The position numbers and the translations under genes were made by a program. This document shows positions 10,797-20,198 of a stretch of 64,000 nucleotides of DNA, in pieces (position 1 is the stretch's first letter; each line of letters begins with the position of its first letter). The stretch is from the NCBI RefSeq assembly GCF_000006765.1, contig NC_002516.2, one strand, 5' to 3'. This DNA is from Pseudomonas aeruginosa PAO1. Its GTDB lineage: Bacteria; Pseudomonadota; Gammaproteobacteria; Pseudomonadales; Pseudomonadaceae. The notes beneath the pieces are model-generated. The model worked only from the letters and a program-made list of their open reading frames with translations. It was not told the origin of the DNA and did not search any database.

Positions 10797-10810
10797 GGTT
10801 GATATCAACC
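10797..10810. promoter_or_regulatory. Perfect 14-bp palindrome GGTTGATATCAACC upstream of mucR
   Basis: Read directly; 34 nt upstream of the mucR ATG in an AT-richer intergenic stretch. Confidence 0.4.
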
Positions 10811-11115
10811 TGATATTATTGCACGAGTCGCTTTCGCCAATGCCATCGGGCAGGACCAACGGTCGCCGGCGCAGGCGGAATCTTGCTCAACGGCCGGGCC
10901 TTTTGTACAGCGCTTTGTCTGCCGCCGGTCGCCGCCCGCCGGGGCAGGCGGCGGAAAGCTCGGCAGCGCTGGCAGGTTGACGCTACCCTGAAAGAAGCCA
11001 TGGTCGTCCGATCTTCCTCTGGCTTGATCAAAAAACTCTCATGGTCGCCGACGATGGCTTCAGCTGAATGGGGAATCGGTGAACTTTCTGAATGTCTCGA
11101 CAGGAGGTGCGTCTC

Positions 11116-11457
11116 ATGGAAAAGCCCTTCTCGGATGATGTCAGCGTGAATGTCCTGCGTCGCATGAAAGAAGGCGGCTTCGACTTCGCGCGCATCCATC
11201 CCATCGACTTCTTCGCCATCTTTCCCAGTGAGCGGGAGGCCCGCCAGGCAGCGGGCCAGTTTCGCGGCGAATCCCTCAGGGCCCAAGTCGTCGCTCGCGA
11301 CGATGGCTCCTGGAACCTGCAGGTCAGCAAGGTGATGTATGCCACCCATGCCGCCATCGGTGCCTTCGAACACGACCTGGAGGAAGTCGTGGTGCCGCTG
11401 GGCGGCGTGCTGGACGGGTGGGGCGTGACCCAGGAGGTCACTTCGCTGCGTCCGTGA
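11116..11457 (+). CDS. RraB-like (RNase E inhibitor fold) small protein, 113 aa
   Basis: SD CAGGAGGT before ATG 11116; acidic alpha/beta protein ending GGVLDGWG, like the RraB family. Confidence 0.75.
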   Translation: MEKPFSDDVSVNVLRRMKEGGFDFARIHPIDFFAIFPSEREARQAAGQFRGESLRAQVVARDDGSWNLQVSKVMYATHAAIGAFEHDLEEVVVPLGGVLDGWGVTQEVTSLRP

Positions 11458-11554
11458 CGGCGGCGGGACCCCGGCCGCGATCCCGGGCCGGGGCTCCTGC
11501 GTCGGGCTTTCCTTCCTCGAAGGCTTTCCTTCAGACTGGGGAAGGAGGTAAGCC

Positions 11555-12252
11555 ATGAGCGATATTCTGATCCTGACCCATGCCGAGTTCTGTCCGCCAG
11601 GCCATCTGGGTGCCGTGCTGGCGGAGCGCGGCCTGGACTTCCGCGTGATCCGCGCCGACCTCGGCGAACTCGCCGGTCTCGACGCCGAACGCCCGCGAGC
11701 GGTGGCGATCATGGGTGGGCCGATGAGCGTCAACGACGACCTGCCCTGGTTGCGCGACGAACTGGCGCTGCTGCGTCGCTTCATCGAGCGGCGCATCCCG
11801 CTGATCGGCCATTGCCTCGGCGGCCAGTTGCTGGCCCGCGCCCTGGGCGCGACGGTGCGGCACCAGCCCTACACCGAAATGGGCTGGCAGCCCATGCAGC
11901 GGGAAAGCCGCGACAGTCCATGGCTGGCCGGGCTGCCGGAGCGCTTCTCGATCTTCCAGTGGCACGGCGATGCCTTCGACCTGCCGCAGGGCGCCGAGCG
12001 CCTGCTGTCCAGTCCGTGGTGCGAGAACCAGGGGTTTTCCTGGGGTGGTCACGTACTCGGCCTGCAAGGCCATCCGGAAATGACCGAGGAACTGGTGCGG
12101 CGCTGGATCGCCGGCTGGCCGCACCTGCTCGATCCCTCCCAGCCCAGCCAGCAATCCGCGAGGACATGCTGGCCGGGTTGCCTGCCAGGATTGCCGGGCT
12201 GAATCGGGTGGCCGAGGGTTTCTACCGTCATTGGCTGTCGCTGATCAATTGA
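11555..12252 (+). pseudogene. Class I glutamine amidotransferase with an apparent 1-bp deletion near 12156
   Basis: Triad motifs GHCLGGQ and QGHPE are intact; frame 1 ends abnormally at 12202, while the plausible tail REDMLAGLPARIAGLNRVAEGFYRHWLSLIN continues in another frame to 12252. Confidence 0.7.
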
Positions 12253-12483
12253 CCTTCCCGGCCGCGGGCGCCCCCCTGGCACTACCGCCGGTCCGTTTTA
12301 TCGCTCGTTCGAGCGAGACGGCTGTCTGCATGGAAGGGAGGGGATAAGCCGTCTCCCTTCCGGGTCTGTTCTAGACTTATCGGTCCCACAGGTCGCTTCG
12401 CGATCGGCAGGTCGATGCCGGTCCGTGGCCGCGGGGCGCGCATGCCGTCGAACGGGGCGCCCTTCCTCTCCCTGTGGGCAGGA

Positions 12484-12500
12484 TGCACCAGACTGGGGCG
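12484..12500. promoter_or_regulatory. Candidate NtrC box TGCACCA-gac-TGGGGCG
   Basis: Left half matches TGCACCA-N3-TGGTGCA exactly and the right half at 5 of 7; upstream of a sigma54 site. Confidence 0.55.
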
Positions 12501-12550
12501 AACCCGCCGCGCCGACCCTGCGAATCGCCGACGAGCCGTGATCCGCGCGC

Positions 12551-12565
12551 TGGCACGGGCTTTGC
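12551..12565 (+). promoter_or_regulatory. sigma54 (-24/-12) promoter TGGCAC-GGGCT-TTGC
   Basis: Exact consensus spacing, 36 nt before ATG 12602. Confidence 0.8.
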
Positions 12566-12601
12566 GAGTTCCCCATCGTTCGTGACGACAAGGAGTCCGG
12601 C

Positions 12602-14014
12602 ATGGCACGCATGTTTTACGACGAGATGCACGATGCTGGCGGCGAATGCCGCTCGCATTATCGGGAATTCGCTCGCTGGCTGGCCGACACCCCTGAAGAG
12701 CAATTGCTGCAACGCCGGCGCGAAGCCGACCTGCTGTTCCATCGCGCCGGCATCACCTTCACCCTGTATGGCGACGAGCAGGGCACCGAGCGCCTGATCC
12801 CCTTCGACACCATCCCGCGCAGCATTCCCGCGGCGGAGTGGGCGCACATCGAGGCCGGCTGCATCCAGCGCGTCCAGGCGCTGAACCTGTTCCTCGCCGA
12901 CCTCTACCACGAACAGCGCATCCTCAAGGCCGGGGTGATTCCTGCCGAGCAGGTCCTGGCCAACGACCAGTACCAACTGGCGATGCAGGGACTGGACCTG
13001 CCGGGCAACGTCTACGCGCACATTGCCGGGGTCGACCTGGTCCGCGACGGCAGCGGCAACTACTACGTGCTGGAGGACAACCTGCGCACGCCCAGCGGTG
13101 TTTCCTACATGCTGGAAAACCGCAAGATGATGATGCGCCTGTTCCCCGAGCTGTTCGTCCGCCAGCGCGTGGCGCCGATCGACCACTACCCGGACCTGCT
13201 GCTCGACACCCTCAAGCGGGCCAGTGACGTCGAATCGCCGAGCGTGGTGGTATTGACGCCGGGACGTTTCAACAGCGCCTACTTCGAACACGCCTTCCTC
13301 GCCCGCGAGATGGGCGTGGAACTGGTCGAAGGCGCCGATCTGTTCGTCCGCGACGAGCGGGTCTACATGCGCACGACGGCCGGACCGCAACCGGTGGACG
13401 TGATCTACCGAAGGATCGACGACGCTTTCCTCGACCCGCTGGCGTTCAACCCGGATTCGCTGCTCGGCGTGCCCGGCCTGCTGGCCGCCTACCGGGCCGG
13501 CAACCTGGTGCTGGCCAACGCGATCGGTACCGGGGTGGCCGACGACAAGTCGATCTACCCCTACGTGCCGGACATGATCCGCTTCTACCTCGGCGAAGAC
13601 CCGCTGCTGCACAACGTGCCGACCTGGCAATGTCGCAAGCCGAAGGAACTGGCGCACGTCCTGGCGCACCTGCCGGAGCTGGTGGTGAAGGAGACCCAGG
13701 GTTCCGGCGGCTACGGCATGCTGGTCGGACCGGCGGCCAGCCGGGAGGAAATCGAGCTGTTCCGCGAGCGCCTGAAGGCTCGCCCGGAGGCCTATATCGC
13801 GCAACCGACGCTGTCCCTGTCGACCTGTCCGACTTTCGTCGAGAGCGGCGTCGCGCCACGCCATATCGACCTGCGGCCGTTCGTCCTGTCGGCGCCGGAT
13901 CGGGTTCGCCTGGTGCCTGGCGGGCTGACCCGGGTGGCGTTGCGCGAAGGCTCGCTGGTGGTCAATTCGTCCCAGGGCGGCGGCACCAAGGACACCTGGG
14001 TGGTGGAGGAATAA
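12602..14014 (+). CDS. Circularly permuted ATP-grasp type 2 protein (predicted peptide ligase)
   Basis: VLEDNLRTPSGVSY, DVIYRRIDD, VVNSSQGGGTKDTWV motifs. Confidence 0.9.
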   Translation: MARMFYDEMHDAGGECRSHYREFARWLADTPEEQLLQRRREADLLFHRAGITFTLYGDEQGTERLIPFDTIPRSIPAAEWAHIEAGCIQRVQALNLFLADLYHEQRILKAGVIPAEQVLANDQYQLAMQGLDLPGNVYAHIAGVDLVRDGSGNYYVLEDNLRTPSGVSYMLENRKMMMRLFPELFVRQRVAPIDHYPDLLLDTLKRASDVESPSVVVLTPGRFNSAYFEHAFLAREMGVELVEGADLFVRDERVYMRTTAGPQPVDVIYRRIDDAFLDPLAFNPDSLLGVPGLLAAYRAGNLVLANAIGTGVADDKSIYPYVPDMIRFYLGEDPLLHNVPTWQCRKPKELAHVLAHLPELVVKETQGSGGYGMLVGPAASREEIELFRERLKARPEAYIAQPTLSLSTCPTFVESGVAPRHIDLRPFVLSAPDRVRLVPGGLTRVALREGSLVVNSSQGGGTKDTWVVEE

Positions 14015-14016
14015 GC

Positions 14017-14970
14017 ATGCTCAGCCGGACCGCTTCCGACCTGTACTGGATGTCGCGCTACCTGGAACGCGCGGAGAACCTCGCCCGCATGCTCGACGTC
14101 AGCTACTCGCTGTCGCTGTTGCCGCAGGACCGCAACGGTGGCGGCCTGGACGAACTGGCCATGCCGCTGCTGATCACCGGCACCCTCGACGCCTACCTGG
14201 AGCGCCACGGCGAACTGGCCGCCGAGCGCCTGCTGAGTTTCTTCGCCCTCGACCCGGACAACCCGGCGAGCATCTACAGCTGCCTGGCCGCAGCGCGCGC
14301 CAGTGCCCATGCGGTACGCGGGCGGATCACCCTGGACATGTGGGAGAACATCAACGCCACCTGGCTGGAAATGCGCGGCATCGCCGCCGAGGGCATCCTG
14401 CGCTATGGCATCAGTCGTTTCTGCGAATGGGTGAAGGACCGCTCGCACCTGTTCCGCGGCGCGACCTTCGCCACCAGCATGCGCAACGATGCGTTCCGCT
14501 TCATCCGTCTCGGAACCTTCATCGAACGCGCCGACAATACCTTGCGCCTGCTCGATGCGCGCTACCAGACCCAGGGCGAAGCGGCGCTCGCCGGGGCGGA
14601 CGAGGGCACCGCGCGCGGCTACTACCAGTGGAGCGCGCTGCTGCGGGCGCTATCCGCCTTCGAGGGCTACACCGAGCTGTACCGCGCCTCGCCCAACGCG
14701 CGCAACATCGCCGAATTGCTGCTGTTGCGCGAGGACGTGCCACGTTCGCTGCTGTCCTGCATCGAGGAACTGAGCGAGATCCTTTCCGGCCTGCCCGGCG
14801 TCAACGGCCGGCCGGCGCAGCGCCTGGCCGCCGAGCTGGAGGCACGGGTGCGCTACACCGGCATCGACGAGGTGCTGGAACAGGGCCTGCATACCTGGAT
14901 CACCGACTACATCCTGCTGGTTCGCCAGTTGGCCAACGCCATTCACAGCTCCTACCTGGAGGCCGCATGA
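14017..14970 (+). CDS. Alpha-E domain protein, 317 aa
   Basis: MLSRTASDLYWMSRYLERAENLAR and a second FIERADNT ER motif. Confidence 0.9.
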   Translation: MLSRTASDLYWMSRYLERAENLARMLDVSYSLSLLPQDRNGGGLDELAMPLLITGTLDAYLERHGELAAERLLSFFALDPDNPASIYSCLAAARASAHAVRGRITLDMWENINATWLEMRGIAAEGILRYGISRFCEWVKDRSHLFRGATFATSMRNDAFRFIRLGTFIERADNTLRLLDARYQTQGEAALAGADEGTARGYYQWSALLRALSAFEGYTELYRASPNARNIAELLLLREDVPRSLLSCIEELSEILSGLPGVNGRPAQRLAAELEARVRYTGIDEVLEQGLHTWITDYILLVRQLANAIHSSYLEAA

Positions 14971-15767
14971 GACTCTCGATCACCCACGACACCACCTATC
15001 GCTACGAAGACCGGGTGCGCGCCAGCATCCAGTACCTGCGCCTGACCCCGCAGGACAGCGAGCGCCAGCACGTGGTCGATTGGCGCCTGGACCTGCCGCG
15101 CCCGGCGCGGCCGCTGCGCGATCCGTACGGCAACATCCTGCACGTCCTGACCCTGGACGAACCGCATGAGTCGGTCCTGATCGCCGCCCACGGCCTGGTC
15201 GAGATCGACGAGGAGCGCGAGGTGGAGCACGATCGCCAGTCGCCGTTGCCGTTCCTGCGCAGCACCCGCCTGACCGGCGCCGATGCCGAGATGCGCGCCT
15301 TCGCCGAACGCGCCATGGGCGGCCGCAAGGACCGCGGCGGCCTGCTCGACCTGATGCATGCGCTGCACGAGCATATCCTCTACCAGCCGGGGGCGACCCG
15401 CGTCGACAGCACCGCCATCGAGGCTTTCGGCGCACGCGCCGGGGTCTGCCAGGACCATGCGCATGCCTTCCTCGCCTGCGTCCGCAGCCAGGGCGTGCCG
15501 GGGCGCTACGTCTCCGGCTACCTCTACACCGAGGACGATACGCACCTGGCCAGCCATGCCTGGGCCGAGGCCTGGCTCGGCGACGGCTGGTACAGCTTCG
15601 ACGTGACCAACCGGCTCGGCCGTCCGGAGCGCCATCTCAAGCTGGCCGTCGGCCTCGACTACCTGGATGCCTGCCCGGTGCGCGGCTTGCGCCGTGGCGG
15701 CGGTTGCGAGCAGATGCATGCGAGGGTGCTGGTCAGCGTGCCGCTGCTGCAGGTGCAGCAACAGTGA
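14967..15767 (+). CDS. Transglutaminase-like protein, 266 aa
   Basis: GVCQDHAH (Cys), HAWAE (His), FDVTN (Asp) triad; ATGA overlap with the alpha-E gene. Confidence 0.9.
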   Translation: MRLSITHDTTYRYEDRVRASIQYLRLTPQDSERQHVVDWRLDLPRPARPLRDPYGNILHVLTLDEPHESVLIAAHGLVEIDEEREVEHDRQSPLPFLRSTRLTGADAEMRAFAERAMGGRKDRGGLLDLMHALHEHILYQPGATRVDSTAIEAFGARAGVCQDHAHAFLACVRSQGVPGRYVSGYLYTEDDTHLASHAWAEAWLGDGWYSFDVTNRLGRPERHLKLAVGLDYLDACPVRGLRRGGGCEQMHARVLVSVPLLQVQQQ

Positions 15768-15848
15768 CGATCCATTGCGCGCCTGGCGTTATCGGCGATT
15801 GCCTTTACGCTTGAGGGGCGGGGACGGACGGAATAAGGAAGATTCGAG

Positions 15849-16580
15849 ATGACCTACTGTGTCGCGATGCACCTGGCCGATGGGTTGGTGTTCGCCTCCG
15901 ATTCGCGGACCAACGCCGGGATCGACCATATCGCCACCTTCCGCAAGCTGTTCACCTTCGGCACGCCCGGCGAGCGCCTGCTGGTGGTGCAGACGGCCGG
16001 CAACCTGGCGACCTCGCAATCGGTGATCAACCTGCTGCAGCAGCGCATCCGCCGGGACGGCGCCAGCCTGCTCAACGTGCCCTCGGTCTACGACGCCACG
16101 GCGCTGGTCGCCGAGACCACCCGCGAGGTGCTGGCCCGCGACAGCGGCAATCTGGCCGGCAATACCGACCTGAGCTGTTCCTTCCTGGTCGGCGGGCAGA
16201 TCGCCGGCGGACCGCCGGCGCTGTACAGCATCTATCCCCAGGGCAACTTCATCCAGGCCACGCCGGACACGCCTTTCCTGCAACTGGGCGAAAGCAAGTA
16301 CGGCAAGCCGATCCTCGACCGCAACCTGACTTTCGACACGCCGCTGGAGCAGGCCCTGCGCTGCGCGCTGGTGTCGTTCGACTCGACCATCCGCAGCAAC
16401 CTCTCGGTGGGCATGCCGCTGGACCTGCTGGTCTACCACCGCGACAGCCTGATCCTGCCGGAGGGCTACCGGGTCACCGAGGACGACGCCTATTTCAGCG
16501 CCATCCGCCGCCAGTGGAGCGCCGGCCTGCACGACTTGCTGGAGCGCCTGCCGTCGCCGCCCTCGGCGTACAACATCTGA
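15849..16580 (+). CDS. Anbu proteasome-type Ntn peptidase
   Basis: MTYCV start leaving an N-terminal Thr; SDSRTNAG; GESKYGKPILDR. Confidence 0.92.
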   Translation: MTYCVAMHLADGLVFASDSRTNAGIDHIATFRKLFTFGTPGERLLVVQTAGNLATSQSVINLLQQRIRRDGASLLNVPSVYDATALVAETTREVLARDSGNLAGNTDLSCSFLVGGQIAGGPPALYSIYPQGNFIQATPDTPFLQLGESKYGKPILDRNLTFDTPLEQALRCALVSFDSTIRSNLSVGMPLDLLVYHRDSLILPEGYRVTEDDAYFSAIRRQWSAGLHDLLERLPSPPSAYNI

Positions 16581-16587
16581 CGCCGCT

Positions 16588-17409
16588 TCAGCCGGCCGCG
16601 CCCGCCTTGCGGCCGGCCATGTGGCGCAGGTAGCCGATCAACTGGCGCAACTCCTGGTCGTCGATCACCCGTTCCGGGAACGCCGGCATCTTCGCCTGCG
16701 GCCATTGCCGCAGCGCCTGCGGGTCGCGGATGTAGCGGGCGAGGAATTGCGGCTGGAAGTACTCGGTGGGGTTGTACGGCAGGTTCAGGTCCGGGCCGAA
16801 CTGGGCGTCGCCGGCACCGTTGAGACGGTGGCAGGCCAGGCAGTTCTTCTGGAACACGGCGAAGCCGGCGCGCACCTCCGCGCTGGCGTCAGCGGCCGGC
16901 AGCAGGGCCGGGAAGCGTTCGGCCAGAGGGGACTGGTAGCGGATGCGGACGACCTGGAAGGGCCATTGCTCCGGACCGATGCGTTTTTCCTCGGGTTTGC
17001 TCCAGACCAGATAGAACGGCCCGGCGGACGGCTTGCCCGCGCCCAGCGGCGGCCAGGGGCGCTGCGGATCCTCTATCGCCAGCCAGGCTTGCGAGCCCTG
17101 TTCGGCGAGCAGCGGGGCGGCCGGCAACTCGGCGGCGAAGCCGTCGCTGGCCACGGCCTGCAAATGGTCTTCGGGATGCACGCCTTTCAACAACGCCGCC
17201 AGTGGCACGGCGCGGTAGCGCATGTTCCGGCGGTAGGCGACGTCGGCCGGGATGTCCAGGTCGCGGGCCTGCGGATGCCTGAGCAGTTCTTCGCTGCTCC
17301 AGGTCTGCGTGCCCCCCGGCAGTTCCAGGCGGAGCTCGGCGGCCCAGGCGGCAGCCACAGGGAAGAGCAGGGCACCTAGCAACGCCAGGCGCGGGAGAGT
17401 GACAGGCAT
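16588..17409 (-). CDS. Exported c-type cytochrome with an N-terminal oxidoreductase-like domain
   Basis: Signal peptide (AAWA); C-terminal CLACH heme motif and KMP axial Met. Confidence 0.8.
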   Translation of the reverse strand: MPVTLPRLALLGALLFPVAAAWAAELRLELPGGTQTWSSEELLRHPQARDLDIPADVAYRRNMRYRAVPLAALLKGVHPEDHLQAVASDGFAAELPAAPLLAEQGSQAWLAIEDPQRPWPPLGAGKPSAGPFYLVWSKPEEKRIGPEQWPFQVVRIRYQSPLAERFPALLPAADASAEVRAGFAVFQKNCLACHRLNGAGDAQFGPDLNLPYNPTEYFQPQFLARYIRDPQALRQWPQAKMPAFPERVIDDQELRQLIGYLRHMAGRKAGAAG

Positions 17410-17521
17410 GCGGGTTCCTCGTGCATCCGCCGGTTATGGCATGGAGCGAGAGATTGGCACGGAACGGGGGCCTCGCGGTAGCATGCGGGCCATTGCATAG
17501 CTGGCTAACCAAGGGGTTCCC

Positions 17522-18409
17522 GTGCTCGCCGAGTTGTTCGCCGTGATGGCGCCCGTGCTGTTCGGCGCCGGTGTCGGTTACGTCTGGGTCCGTCTCGGAC
17601 ACGCCTATCCGACCGAGTTCGTTTCGCGCATCGTGTTCAACATCGGTTCGCCATGCCTGATCCTCGCCACCCTGGCGCATACCCGGGTGGACCTGCACAG
17701 TTTCGGCCGGATGGCCCTGGCCAGCGCGCTGATCTGCGTCTGCATGGCTGCGCTGGGCTGGGCGGCGGCGCGCCTCGGGCGCCAGGAGTGGCAGGTGCTG
17801 GTGCCGGCCTACAGCTTCCCGAATGTCGGCAACATGGGCCTGCCGGTGTGCCTGTATGCGTTCGGCGAGGCGGGGATGACCCTGGCGGTGGCGTTCTACC
17901 TGATCATGTCGATCGGCAACTTCAGCCTCGGCGTGTTCTGGATGAGCGGCGAGCGCTCCTGGCGCTCGCTGCTGGGCAATCCGATCCTGCTCAGCGTGCT
18001 GCTGGCCTTGTTGTTGATGGGGCTCGACCTGCAACTGCCACGCTGGATGGCGAATACCGTCGACCTGATGGCCGGGCTGACCATTCCGCTGATGCTGATC
18101 ACCCTCGGCGTGTCCCTGGCCAGCATCCGCCCGCGGCAACTGGGCAATGGCTTCTTCTATGGCGGCCTGCGTCTTCTGCTGGGGGCGCTGGTGGGCTGGT
18201 CGGTGGCGCTGGCGTTGCAATTGCCGCCGCTGGCGCAGGGGGTGCTGGTGGTGCAGTCGTCGATGCCGGTGGCGGTGTTCAACTATCTCTACGCCTTGCG
18301 CGGCAATCGTTCGCCGGATCAGGTCGCCAGCCTGGTGCTGTGTTCGACCCTGCTGTCGTTCGCCTTCATTCCGCTGCTGCTGACCTGGTGGCTGCCTGCG
18401 CTGCGCTGA
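17522..18409 (+). CDS. AEC (auxin efflux carrier-like) family transporter
   Basis: About 10 TM segments; FPNVGNMGLPV and SSMPVAV motifs; GTG start. Confidence 0.85.
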   Translation: MLAELFAVMAPVLFGAGVGYVWVRLGHAYPTEFVSRIVFNIGSPCLILATLAHTRVDLHSFGRMALASALICVCMAALGWAAARLGRQEWQVLVPAYSFPNVGNMGLPVCLYAFGEAGMTLAVAFYLIMSIGNFSLGVFWMSGERSWRSLLGNPILLSVLLALLLMGLDLQLPRWMANTVDLMAGLTIPLMLITLGVSLASIRPRQLGNGFFYGGLRLLLGALVGWSVALALQLPPLAQGVLVVQSSMPVAVFNYLYALRGNRSPDQVASLVLCSTLLSFAFIPLLLTWWLPALR

Positions 18410-18446
18410 CCGCGAGGCGGTGCGCAGCGTGCAGGCAGCAGGTGCC

Positions 18447-18548
18447 CTAGCGGATCAGACTGTTAAGGTTGGGAAGGATCAGGATGACTGTGGTGGCGAA
18501 GACGATGAGGCTCGCTTGCCGCCATCTTTTTGGCTGCTCGTTCAACAT
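18447..18548 (-). CDS. Candidate 33-aa single-pass small protein MLNEQPKRWRQASLIVFATTVILILPNLNSLIR
   Basis: ATG 18548 with purine-rich AGAAAGGCAGACAGG upstream; basic N-terminus followed by a hydrophobic stretch; lies in a 570-bp gap. Confidence 0.35.
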   Translation of the reverse strand: MLNEQPKRWRQASLIVFATTVILILPNLNSLIR

Positions 18549-18979
18549 GGCCTGTCTGCCTTTCTTGTTGTCGGGTGGCTGCCTGCTCCGCGCTACGGCC
18601 CGGCGGAACGGCTTGCCACGCAGTGGCGTACTCTTCGGTCGGCCCGGCATCCCCGGCGTCGACCTCCCTTTCGAACGCTTGCATGAATCAGTCTAAGCCC
18701 CGGCCTGCGCGGGCTTAGACCACTTGGATACAAGCTGCTGCGGTCTAGACATATTCCCTCTATATGACAGCGTGGTGACGGCTCTGGCGTGCGTCTCGAC
18801 CGTTCGTCCGGTGTCCGGGTTTCCGGTCGAAAGATGGCATGGTGCTATCTTCCCGGCGTTGCAGGCTGAGCTGGGCGGTCAATCAGCCTGAGCGGTTCGG
18901 TCATTGTCCCGCCGGCGAGCCTGTTTAAGGTAGGCGGAGGCCCGCTCGGCCGGACGAGAACAGGATAAGAGAGACCGCC

Positions 18980-20185
<1,206 letters not shown>

Positions 20186-20198
20186 AGGGAGAACCGGA

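Noticed and set aside
11081-11107. GAACTT as an AlgU -35 element before the RraB-like gene
   Set aside because: No TCTGA/TCAAA-like -10 element lies 16-17 nt downstream, and the site is too close to the SD.
17454-17470. TGGCAC upstream of the AEC transporter as a sigma54 promoter
   Set aside because: There is no TTGC at the required -12 position (it reads TGGCACGGAACGGGG).
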